Below the pieces are notes generated by a model. It saw only the letters and a list, made by a program, of their open reading frames with translations. It was not told the origin of the DNA and did not search any database. A DNA stretch of 64,000 bases from Patescibacteria group bacterium (GTDB lineage: Bacteria; Patescibacteriota; Minisyncoccia; Phycocordibacterales; JAKFXT01), in contig JBBTUX010000010.1 of assembly GCA_038063555.1 (NCBI GenBank), forward strand, positions 22,936-86,935, given 5' to 3'. Shown piece by piece: positions 1 through 7,705 of the stretch; positions within the stretch are counted from its first letter, which is position 1; each line of letters opens with the position of its first letter. A program made the position numbers and the translations under genes.

Positions 1-1
1 T

Positions 2-643
2 TATGAATGCGGAATATTTAATCTAGACCCAAGAGTTATATCAATTCTAGGACGCCTACATTTCCGCACAAGTTATGGTCAAAATGTTTTACAACACTCA
101 ATTGAGATGGCTCATATTGCCGGTGTTATGGCGGAAGAACTTGGCGCCAATGTGGCGGTTGCTAAAGCGGGAGCCCTTTTACATGACATAGGCAAAGCCG
201 TGGACCACGAAGTGCAAGGAACACACGTTGAGATTGGTCGCCGAATCCTACAAAAATTTGGAGTCGGTGAGCAAATTATTATCGCCGTGTCTGCTCACCA
301 CGAGGAATACCCTTATGAAAATGTAGAGTCCATACTGGTACAAGTGGCTGATGCTATTTCTGGCGGTCGCCCTGGGGCTCGTCGTGACACCATAGAAAAT
401 TATATAAAACGCCTTGGCGATCTTGAAGCCATAGCCACCTCATTTCTTGGTGTTGAAAAGGCCTTTGCCATTCAAGCCGGTCGTGAAATGCGTGTTTTTG
501 TTAAACCCGACCAAATTTCCGACCTTGAAGCGCGTAAATTGGCCAAAGACATAGCCACTCGCATTGAACAAGAAATGAAATATCCAGGGGAAATCAAAGT
601 TAATGTTATTCGCGAAAGTCGTTCCATCGAATACGCTCGTTAA
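2..643 (+). CDS. rny: Ribonuclease Y, C-terminal part (5' truncated by window edge)
   Basis: Frame open from base 2 (..LGRLHFRTSYGQNVLQHSIEM..); HD motif LLHDIGKA, ADAISGGRPGARR, AIQAGRE, YPGEIKV. Confidence 0.96.
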   Translation, partial: YECGIFNLDPRVISILGRLHFRTSYGQNVLQHSIEMAHIAGVMAEELGANVAVAKAGALLHDIGKAVDHEVQGTHVEIGRRILQKFGVGEQIIIAVSAHHEEYPYENVESILVQVADAISGGRPGARRDTIENYIKRLGDLEAIATSFLGVEKAFAIQAGREMRVFVKPDQISDLEARKLAKDIATRIEQEMKYPGEIKVNVIRESRSIEYAR

Positions 644-747
644 TATGTTTTAGATTCCCATTTTTTGCGCTACTTGCACAAAAAATGGCCTATTATATAC
701 TTATTTCATTGGTCGAAAACAATAAACCCACTTCATTTTTAATAAAT

Positions 748-1020
748 ATGAATAAAGCAGGATTGGTTGATGCGGTACAAGGAGTTTTGGGTGGCACCAA
801 AGTGCAAGCAGAGCAAGCGGTTGAAACATTTATAGGCGGTATAGTTAATGAATTAAAAAAGGGCGGCGAAGTATCAATTGCTGGTCTTGGAATATTCACC
901 GTCAAACAACGCGCCGCTCGCACTGCCAGAAACCCACGCACAGGAGAAATGGTGCAGGTAAAAGCTATGAAAGTACCGAAATTCCGCGCCGCTAAAGCTT
1001 TGAAAGAAGCTGTTAAGTAA
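748..1020 (+). CDS. hup: HU family DNA-binding protein
   Basis: MNKAGLVDAV..GLGIFTVKQRAARTARNPRTGE..VPKFRAAKALKEAV; ATG at 748 chosen over ORF-track 685. Confidence 0.95.
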   Translation: MNKAGLVDAVQGVLGGTKVQAEQAVETFIGGIVNELKKGGEVSIAGLGIFTVKQRAARTARNPRTGEMVQVKAMKVPKFRAAKALKEAVK

Positions 1021-1041
1021 AATTCTTCAAACTTTTGGAGA

Positions 1042-1084
1042 AAAGAAAAAAGCCCCAGATTAGCACGGGGTTTTTTCTTTTTTT
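1042..1084 (+). terminator. Intrinsic (probably bidirectional) terminator after HU
   Basis: AAAGAAAAAAGCCCC..GGGGTTTTTTCTTT hairpin with T tract. Confidence 0.75.
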
Positions 1085-1095
1085 AATTAAATAAA

Positions 1096-1185
1096 AGAAT
1101 CGCTCCTTACAGGAGCAGTCCCCTCATTGGATATTTTATTTCGCTTCACTCATAAAATCTGCTCAATGAGAATTCGATTCTCCCA
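1096..1185. repeat. tRNA-trailer two-hairpin element, copy 1 (tRNA-Gly TCC)
   Basis: GCTCCTTACAGGAGC + CTCATTGGATATTTTAT..ATAAAATC..CAATGAG; ends AGAATCG and TTCGATTCTCCCA match the tRNA-Gly T arm. Confidence 0.75.
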
Positions 1186-1410
1186 CGGAAGTGCTCCTGC
1201 ACTTCCTATCCTCGCATCGGCAATAACAAAAAATCTCTTCGCCAAAACGGAAGAGATTTTTTGTTAAAAGCCTTGTCCCACAATAATTCATTCTCCGTCG
1301 AGAATGAATTTTCCAGGCCCGGACTCGGCATTTTTTGTACTCAAAAAATATGCCTCCGTCTCACGCGAGTACAAAAAAATCCCAAGCAGTTGGGATTTTT
1401 TTGTCTCTTG

Positions 1411-1481
1411 TGCGGGATGGGAGAATCGAACTCCCGACATCAGTTTGGAAAACTGAAGTTATACCATTTAACTAATCCCGC
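1411..1481 (-). tRNA. tRNA-Gly(TCC), CCA not encoded
   Basis: GCGGGAT..TCAGT-TT-TCC-AA-ACTGA..GGGAGTTCGATTCTCCC ATCCCGC A cloverleaf. Confidence 0.95.
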
Positions 1482-1549
1482 AAATTCTTGCTTCGCTACT
1501 ATAGCAAAGCATTATCTTATCTTCAACAAAATAATGATAATATTAATTA

Positions 1550-2779
1550 ATGTTTTCTCTATTTGAAACTTTAATAAAAGTGGCTGCAGTTGGCTTCATT
1601 TCCCTTCTCGTTGCGGCAAACATCATTTCTCCCAACAAAACAAATACTTATGTTAAAGAAGATTTGAAAATAGCGACCACTACCCCATTAAACATAATTC
1701 TATCTACCTCTACAGAAGAAAAAATTGTCGAAATATCACAATCTTCATCCACTCCCGAAATAAAAACCATAACCAAAATTGAAAAAACCACAAAAATACC
1801 GAGCCCAAACACCCCAAACAAAACAAATGACCCCATAAAAGAAACTCTCGCCCCAATTGAAGAAAAATTAAACCTTTCCATTAAACAAATTGCAGAAACT
1901 CCGCAAGTAATTCCTAACGCCAATGAGGTCAATGTTTTGGTGAGAAAAGCCGCTGTAAACATCCTTTGTTATACCGAAGCTGGAAGTATTTTGAGACCAC
2001 TCACAGGAAGCGGGATCATTATAGATGAGAGAGGTGTTATTCTTACAAACGCTCACTTAGCTCAATACTTTCTTCTTAAAGATTTCCCAACCCCAAACAA
2101 CATCGATTGCATCATTAGAACGGGAAGCCCAGCGACAATAACTTACAGGGGGGAACTTTTATACATCTCCCCTCCTTGGGTTGAAGAAAATAAAAAAAAT
2201 ATAATTGAAGAAAATCCATTGGGGACAGGCGAACACGATTTTGGCCTCATTCTAATAACAAGTTCTGCCAATAAAGATATACCCCTACCCGTCACCTTTC
2301 CTTTTATCCCCTTTAATACTGAAGAACCCAATGAAAAAATGGCTCTTTCGGACTCTTATGTCGTCGTCGCCTACCCTGCTGGCTTTTTAGGCGGTCTCAC
2401 CGTTTTGCAAAATCTCTACATTTCTTCAACCGTTTCCAGCATTAAACAATTCTTTACTTTTAAAGACACAACCCTGGACTTAATGTCTTTAGGTGGCTCG
2501 ATTTTGGCCCAAAAAGGATCATCTGGGGGTGCTGTGGTAAATGTAAGAGAAAAGAAAGTCGTGGGAATTATTGTGACCACAACCACAGAGGGCACCACTT
2601 CAGCTAGAGACATGCGCGCCATTACCCTTTCGCATATAAACCGAAGCATTCAAGCCGTAACGAATCAGGGTTTAAGCGAATATCTTTCGGACAATTTAGT
2701 AAAAAAAGTTCTGGACTTTCGTCTAAGTAAATTTGATTATTTAAAAAACATTCTTGTTGGAGAATTAACGCACAACTAA
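1550..2779 (+). CDS. Membrane-anchored trypsin-like serine protease
   Basis: N-terminal hydrophobic segment, T/P/K-rich linker, GSGIII, LTNAH (His), HDFG (Asp), GSSGG (Ser). Confidence 0.85.
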   Translation: MFSLFETLIKVAAVGFISLLVAANIISPNKTNTYVKEDLKIATTTPLNIILSTSTEEKIVEISQSSSTPEIKTITKIEKTTKIPSPNTPNKTNDPIKETLAPIEEKLNLSIKQIAETPQVIPNANEVNVLVRKAAVNILCYTEAGSILRPLTGSGIIIDERGVILTNAHLAQYFLLKDFPTPNNIDCIIRTGSPATITYRGELLYISPPWVEENKKNIIEENPLGTGEHDFGLILITSSANKDIPLPVTFPFIPFNTEEPNEKMALSDSYVVVAYPAGFLGGLTVLQNLYISSTVSSIKQFFTFKDTTLDLMSLGGSILAQKGSSGGAVVNVREKKVVGIIVTTTTEGTTSARDMRAITLSHINRSIQAVTNQGLSEYLSDNLVKKVLDFRLSKFDYLKNILVGELTHN

Positions 2780-3087
2780 TTAAAGAACAACAGTAATCCT
2801 CCAATCGCTAGGATTATAAAAAAGAAAGTTACTAGAGTGTAAATAAAAAGTGACACCGCTTCCCTCTTTTTCCCCTCCATATACCAAAGTATTGGCTTAC
2901 CAAGCACAAGACCCGCAGTTACAGATGCTGAAAAAACAAAAAGTGACAACATAAAAATTGGTATCAAAATAAATGGCTCCTCTATTTGGAGACGCTTTGG
3001 GACAAAAAATAAAAAACTAGCAACAAGTGCAATATAAGCAACTGTCGCGAAGGCGTTAAAGATTGCGGTTTTAAGTATTGGGGTCAT
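2776..3087 (-). CDS. Small membrane protein (3 TM)
   Basis: 103-aa ORF with three hydrophobic stretches. Confidence 0.7.
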   Translation of the reverse strand: MTPILKTAIFNAFATVAYIALVASFLFFVPKRLQIEEPFILIPIFMLSLFVFSASVTAGLVLGKPILWYMEGKKREAVSLFIYTLVTFFFIILAIGGLLLFFN

Positions 3088-3116
3088 ACAACTAAAACTG
3101 TCCTCGCTTCTCTAAG

Positions 3117-3746
3117 TCACTTTTTACTTTTTTCTAACTTTTCTAATCTATCTTTTATAGACTCTACCAAGTTTGCAAGTTCATTAAACTTTTTAGGAAA
3201 ATCAGAAATTTTATCAGATCCTTTTATCATGTGTTTTTGTTTACTTTTAAGGCTTTCGACCAAATATTGGATAATTTTGTCTCCTATTTTTATACCATTT
3301 TCACATTCATTTATGGTAAGTTTTTGGGCTGAAAACATCTTGTGTGCCAGAGCATCTCTTTTATCTTTGTAACTTTTAAGATCAGTAATCAAATTCAAAT
3401 CAGAATCATTTTGAGCACAAACATTCAAATAACTAATTAGGGCTCCGAGCTGTAATCTTTCTAATTCCTTCTCAAAATTACCAGTTGGGTTAAAAGATCT
3501 AAGAAAAATCAATTTTACCAGATAAAATTGAACTTCGTTCGTTTGAAGAATAAATCTGCCATACTTACTATTTTCTTTAATTTCATTTTGCTTAAAAACT
3601 TCTTCGACAAATTTTTTACGTAACCTTACATATTCTCGAGCTCTAGTTTCCTTATCTTTATTCACCATCTGACCATCTCTAACCAAACCAGCTAACTCAT
3701 GGTAACGCTTAAAAACAAGTTCTTTTGTTACTTCGGATTCATCCAT
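3117..3746 (-). CDS. Hypothetical helical protein
   Basis: 209-aa ORF; RDALAH resembles an RxxxxH HEPN-type motif (weak). Confidence 0.6.
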   Translation of the reverse strand: MDESEVTKELVFKRYHELAGLVRDGQMVNKDKETRAREYVRLRKKFVEEVFKQNEIKENSKYGRFILQTNEVQFYLVKLIFLRSFNPTGNFEKELERLQLGALISYLNVCAQNDSDLNLITDLKSYKDKRDALAHKMFSAQKLTINECENGIKIGDKIIQYLVESLKSKQKHMIKGSDKISDFPKKFNELANLVESIKDRLEKLEKSKK

Positions 3747-3778
3747 ACTTTAGATTTTAAAGATTTTGAATTAAATTC

Positions 3779-3904
3779 TTCATAGTCGGGGCGCTGGGTG
3801 AGAACGCGAAGCGTTCGCAAGACCTTGTGAGGTATTTTAGAACGGAGTTATAAAATATCCACAAGGTATAGAGCTTCTGTAAGAAGTCGAACCTTTCTAC
3901 TTAA
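3779..3904 (-). repeat. Degenerate copy of tRNA-Pro 3' half interrupted by trailer element copy 2
   Basis: 3779-3798 identical to 3969-3988 (20 bp); TCGAACC..TCTACTT at 3887-3902 matches the tRNA; insert contains ATAAAATATCCA and GCTTCTGTAAGAAG. Confidence 0.75.
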
Positions 3905-3975
3905 ATTTCTTATAGAAATTTCCGCAGAAGTATCCCATACTTCTGGTTAAAAGATTTTTTAAATTAAGTTCATAG

Positions 3976-4046
3976 TCGGGGCGCTGGGAATCGAACCCAG
4001 TCTACTTGATCCCAAATCAAGCGTACTACCGGTATACTACGCCCCG
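3976..4046 (-). tRNA. tRNA-Pro(TGG), CCA not encoded
   Basis: CGGGGCG..CTTGA-TT-TGG-GA-TCAAG..CTGGGTTCGATTCCCAG CGCCCCG A. Confidence 0.95.
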
Positions 4047-4240
4047 ACTATGAACTCAATATCTAAATTTCAAAAATCTTTTAACCCCAAATCAAACACT
4101 AGCAACACCTTCGGTGAGCAGTGCCGGCATATTCACCCGCCTAAATTTTGCTCGGCAAAACTTTGGCGGGCAAGCCCCGTAAAAACAAAAACAATACTAA
4201 CATTAAAAAGTGTAAATGTCTTAAAGGACATAAAAGACAT

Positions 4241-4627
4241 CTAGAAAATTCCCTCTATATACTTAACTTTAGCTTTTTTATTCTCCTTGTCCAAAATAAC
4301 CACTATCAAATCCATTTGCCAATCGCTCTCCCCTTCTCCTTTTTCTAATAAATAAGAGTTTATAGTCCTTTCAAGGCGCCTTAGCTTAAAAGGGTGCACA
4401 TTTTCCTCTGCTTTAAAGCCAGATGTTTCATGTGTAACGGTTTTAACCTCAATAAAGTAGAGATTATTCCCTTTCTTACAGATAATATCTATTTCACCCC
4501 AAGGTTTAAGATAGTTACGCTCTAACAATTTAAAACCCTTACTCTCTAAATACTTAATGGCAATGGATTCACCCAAATCCCCTATTTTTCTCTTTTCTGT
4601 CTTTTTTTTAGGTTTAAAATCTTTCAC
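4241..4627 (-). CDS. yraN: YraN/UPF0102 family endonuclease
   Basis: IGDLGESIAIKYL..ERNY..GEIDII..FIEVK. Confidence 0.9.
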   Translation of the reverse strand: MKDFKPKKKTEKRKIGDLGESIAIKYLESKGFKLLERNYLKPWGEIDIICKKGNNLYFIEVKTVTHETSGFKAEENVHPFKLRRLERTINSYLLEKGEGESDWQMDLIVVILDKENKKAKVKYIEGIF

Positions 4628-4694
4628 GTGTAATCTTTTCTTTAATTTTTCTAGTGTTTCACGTGAAAACTATTATTTTATTTCACATGAAACT
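4424..4694. promoter_or_regulatory. Cluster of parS-like sites (4424-4439, 4620-4635, 4655-4670, 4679-4694)
   Basis: Matches to consensus TGTTTCACGTGAAACA, e.g. TGTTTCACGTGAAAAC; further copies at 6160-6175 and 7046-7061. Confidence 0.8.
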
Positions 4695-4800
4695 ATTTAC
4701 TCTTAAAATGTCAAATAATGGCTTACTTTGGCTCTTTAATGACTTTTAGCACAGAAATTTACTTTTTTACAATTGTCTTTTATAAACACAATCCCCATTT

Positions 4801-4809
4801 TTATCCACA
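4801..4809 (+). promoter_or_regulatory. Consensus DnaA box
   Basis: TTATCCACA in AT-rich intergenic DNA. Confidence 0.5.
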
Positions 4810-4914
4810 ATTTTTATAATTTGGCTTAAATAAAGAGTTTTCTGGACTTTTTTTTGACATATTCAAATGTCCGTTATTATTTTCTGTCCTTTTAAGCTCT
4901 TTTTACCTATTTTA

Positions 4915-5043
4915 GTGCGAGTAGGGAGACGCTTCGCTATCGAACACCTTGGAAACCTCTCGGTTTTCCAACTCTCGCTTCGCTCGTTGCCTTCCTCCAC
5001 GGGAAACTTCCGTTTCCCGACCCCTTCCCAGTTCGATTCTCCC
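4915..5043 (-). repeat. tRNA-Gly(GCC) trailer: anti-T-arm, hairpins and duplicated tRNA 3' end
   Basis: GTGCGAGTAGGGAGA[cgcttcgct]ATCGAAC (4915-4945) repeats 5050-5071; GTTCGATTCTCCC (5031-5043) is an inverted copy of 5059-5071. Confidence 0.75.
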
Positions 5044-5047
5044 CATA

Positions 5048-5121
5048 TGGTGCGGGTAGGGAGAATCGAACTCCCATCATTTGATTGGCAACCAAATGTT
5101 CTACCATTGAACCATACCCGC
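5048..5121 (-). tRNA. tRNA-Gly(GCC)
   Basis: GCGGGTA..TTTGG-TT-GCC-AA-TCAAA..GGGAGTTCGATTCTCCC TACCCGC ACCA. Confidence 0.95.
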
Positions 5122-5174
5122 TATACAAACCTACTTGGGAATTCTAATATAAATATCCTATTTCTCCAAAAAAT

Positions 5175-5262
5175 GGACTCGTTCCTTACAGGAACAGTAC
5201 CCCAATTGGATTTTTCTTACGCCTACGGCTTATAAAAATCTCAATCGGGCTTCGAGTCCCGC
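5175..5262. repeat. tRNA-trailer two-hairpin element, copy 3 (tRNA-Arg)
   Basis: GTTCCTTACAGGAAC + CCCAATTGGATTTTT..AAAAATCTCAATCGGG; ends GGACTCG and TTCGAGTCCCGC match the tRNA-Arg T arm. Confidence 0.75.
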
Positions 5263-5314
5263 GGACACCTCCTAAAAGCAAAATTACCATTGAAAAACAA
5301 TGCTAATTTTGCTT

Positions 5315-5389
5315 TGGCGCCCCCGGCAGGACTCGAACCCACAATAACAGTTCCGAAGACTGCTGTGATATCCATTTCACCACGGAGGC
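5315..5389 (-). tRNA. tRNA-Arg(TCG)
   Basis: GCCTCCG..GCAGT-CT-TCG-GA-ACTGT..GTGGGTTCGAGTCCTGC CGGGGGC GCCA. Confidence 0.93.
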
Positions 5390-5391
5390 AA

Positions 5392-6066
5392 TTATCTCTT
5401 AACTTGATGATAATAGCTTAGAATAAGCTTTTTCCAAACATTAAGAGTGCGAATATTGTTGATACCGGATACAGAAATCTGTAAAAACCCTTTATTTGAG
5501 CCATTTTCTTTAGTTTTTTGCCTAGTTTTATATATCACCGGCTTTAGAAATTGCTTGTCATTTATAGCTATTTTACGAATCCAGGCGCTTTGTGCCTCTA
5601 AATGGGATATATTGTTATTTATATATATTCTACAGCGTGTAGCCGAAACTGGCACTCCCAGAAAGCGAATTAACCAATCTAGGAATATTTGCACCACCTC
5701 CTCATCACTCGAACTAAACTGCAAGTAAGAATTGCCGAAAGATCCATGCGAAAGATACATAGAAAGCCCCACCAAAAAGCGAGTGTCGGACTGAAACTTT
5801 TTAAAACTTTTTTGCCCCCCCACAAGCGCCTGTCTTTCGCCAAAAACTTTCTTCATTTGGCGACTCAATTTACTCTTATTTCGGGACCGTAAAATGACCT
5901 CTTTTTGATGCTTCAAGAGACCTTCTTTTTCCAAAGGAGAAAGAGTGATGCCTTGGAACCATTTTGAAAGTAGGCCTCTACTTAATTTCAATTTTAGAGA
6001 AATTTCAGAGTAAGTAGCCCCGTTTTTTCTCATTAAAAGCGCTTGTTCTTTAATTGAAACACTCAT
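5392..6066 (-). CDS. HTH + degenerate LAGLIDADG-like domain protein
   Basis: N-terminal ALLMRKNGATYSEISLKLKLSRGLLSKW HTH; C-terminal GLSMYLSHGS..FSSSDEEVVQIFLDWL pattern; stop lies 2 nt before tRNA-Arg. Confidence 0.6.
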   Translation of the reverse strand: MSVSIKEQALLMRKNGATYSEISLKLKLSRGLLSKWFQGITLSPLEKEGLLKHQKEVILRSRNKSKLSRQMKKVFGERQALVGGQKSFKKFQSDTRFLVGLSMYLSHGSFGNSYLQFSSSDEEVVQIFLDWLIRFLGVPVSATRCRIYINNNISHLEAQSAWIRKIAINDKQFLKPVIYKTRQKTKENGSNKGFLQISVSGINNIRTLNVWKKLILSYYHQVKR

Positions 6067-6167
6067 ATACAGTTATATAACATATTATATATACAACCCT
6101 ATAAAAAACAAGGTTAAAGTGGAGTGTAAATAGCATAAAAGTTGTAAATTATGATACAATATTTCAC

Positions 6168-7652
6168 ATGAAACGAGCGTCATCAGAAGGAATTGAAATA
6201 CCAAAGGAAGTTCTTTCCGTTTCTTCCGATTTAGGAAAAGCGGGATTTGAAAACTATCTTATTGGTGGCTGTGTTCGCGACCTGCTTCGCGGTCAAAATC
6301 CCAAAGATTGGGACATTACGACCAATGCCACGCCGGAAGAAATTTTGAAGATTTTTCCCCACACTTTTTATACCAATACTTTTGGCACAGTTGGAGTGGT
6401 AAACAAAGAAACAAACAACGAATCCCTTAAAACAATTGAGGTCACAACTTACAGAGAAGAAGGAACTTATTCAAATGCAAGACACCCAGATGAAGTGAAG
6501 TTTAGTAAAAATATAAATGATGACTTGAAGCGTCGCGATTTCACCATTAACGCAATTGCTCTGGACCCCCACAATGGAAAAGTGATGGATCCATATGACG
6601 GTCAAAAGGACATAAAGGACAAAATCATACGCGCAGTGGGGAAAGCCGAGGACAGATTTGAGGAAGATGCTTTAAGAATACTCCGCGCTATACGACTTTC
6701 CTCTGAAATTGGCTTTATTATTGAGGCAAATACCGAAAAAGCCATACAAAATAAGGCTAAAACGCTAGAAAAGATATCCAAAGAACGTATTAGAGACGAG
6801 TTTTGCCGTATTCTAATGTCTCCCGAACCTATGAAAGGCCTTAATTTAGCCCTAAAATTGGGAGTTTTACGGTATGTTGCCAAAGATTTAGAGAGGGGAA
6901 TTGGCGTAAAGCAAAACCAGGCTCACAAATATGATGTTTTTGAGCATAATTTACGCACCCTACAACACGCGGCGGATAAAAAGTATGATTTGGACTTACG
7001 TCTTTCCTCGCTTTTTCATGATATTTCCAAACCAGAAACACGTCGCTTTTCACGTGAAAAGAATGATTATACCTTTCACGGTCATGACGTAGTCGGTGGC
7101 AAATTAGTCAAAAAAATCCTTACAGAGCTTAAATTCCCGTCCAACCGAGTTGAAAAGATAGGGAAGATGGTCCGTTGGCACATGTTCTTTTCAGACCCAG
7201 AACAAATCACACTTTCTGCGGTAAGACGACTCATTTCTAATGTTGGTAAAGAAGATGTTTGGGAGCTTATGAATTTGCGCATTTGCGACCGCATAGGCAC
7301 CGGCAGACCCAAAGAAAACCCTTATAGATTCAGAAAGTATAAATCTATGGTAGAAGAGGCGTTACAGGACGCCGTTTCCGTTGGAATGCTCAAAATAAAA
7401 GGGGATAGCATTATGAAAGTGCTCGGGGTACCACCCGGACCTAAAATCGGTTATATTTTACACGCTCTTTTTGAAGAGGTGTTGGATAAACCTGAATTAA
7501 ACACTTTAAAATACTTAGAAAAAAGAGCAGGAGAATTGAACAAACTTGGAATTGGCGAATTAGAGAAATTGGGTAAAAAGGGTAAAGAAAAAAAAGAACG
7601 AGAACAAGAGAAAAAAGTAAAAGAAATAAGAGGAAAGTATTTCGTAGAATGA
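6168..7652 (+). CDS. cca: CCA tRNA nucleotidyltransferase with HD domain
   Basis: GGCVRDLL..DWDITT, RRDFTINA, EDALRILRAIR, LFHDISKP. Confidence 0.95.
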   Translation: MKRASSEGIEIPKEVLSVSSDLGKAGFENYLIGGCVRDLLRGQNPKDWDITTNATPEEILKIFPHTFYTNTFGTVGVVNKETNNESLKTIEVTTYREEGTYSNARHPDEVKFSKNINDDLKRRDFTINAIALDPHNGKVMDPYDGQKDIKDKIIRAVGKAEDRFEEDALRILRAIRLSSEIGFIIEANTEKAIQNKAKTLEKISKERIRDEFCRILMSPEPMKGLNLALKLGVLRYVAKDLERGIGVKQNQAHKYDVFEHNLRTLQHAADKKYDLDLRLSSLFHDISKPETRRFSREKNDYTFHGHDVVGGKLVKKILTELKFPSNRVEKIGKMVRWHMFFSDPEQITLSAVRRLISNVGKEDVWELMNLRICDRIGTGRPKENPYRFRKYKSMVEEALQDAVSVGMLKIKGDSIMKVLGVPPGPKIGYILHALFEEVLDKPELNTLKYLEKRAGELNKLGIGELEKLGKKGKEKKEREQEKKVKEIRGKYFVE

Positions 7653-7705
7653 CGACAACCCCATCAATCAAGGTCCGACCTTGATTATGATAATTGAGGG
7701 AAATC

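Noticed and set aside
1261-1566. ORF-track ORFs over tRNA loci (also 4050-4348, 4867-5235, 4937-5128, 59754-59985)
   Set aside because: They overlap tRNA genes and hairpins; spurious.
5315-5389. tRNA-Arg(TCG) and CCA-less tRNAs as novelties
   Set aside because: Both are known in bacteria, and a CCA-adding enzyme is encoded at 6168-7652.
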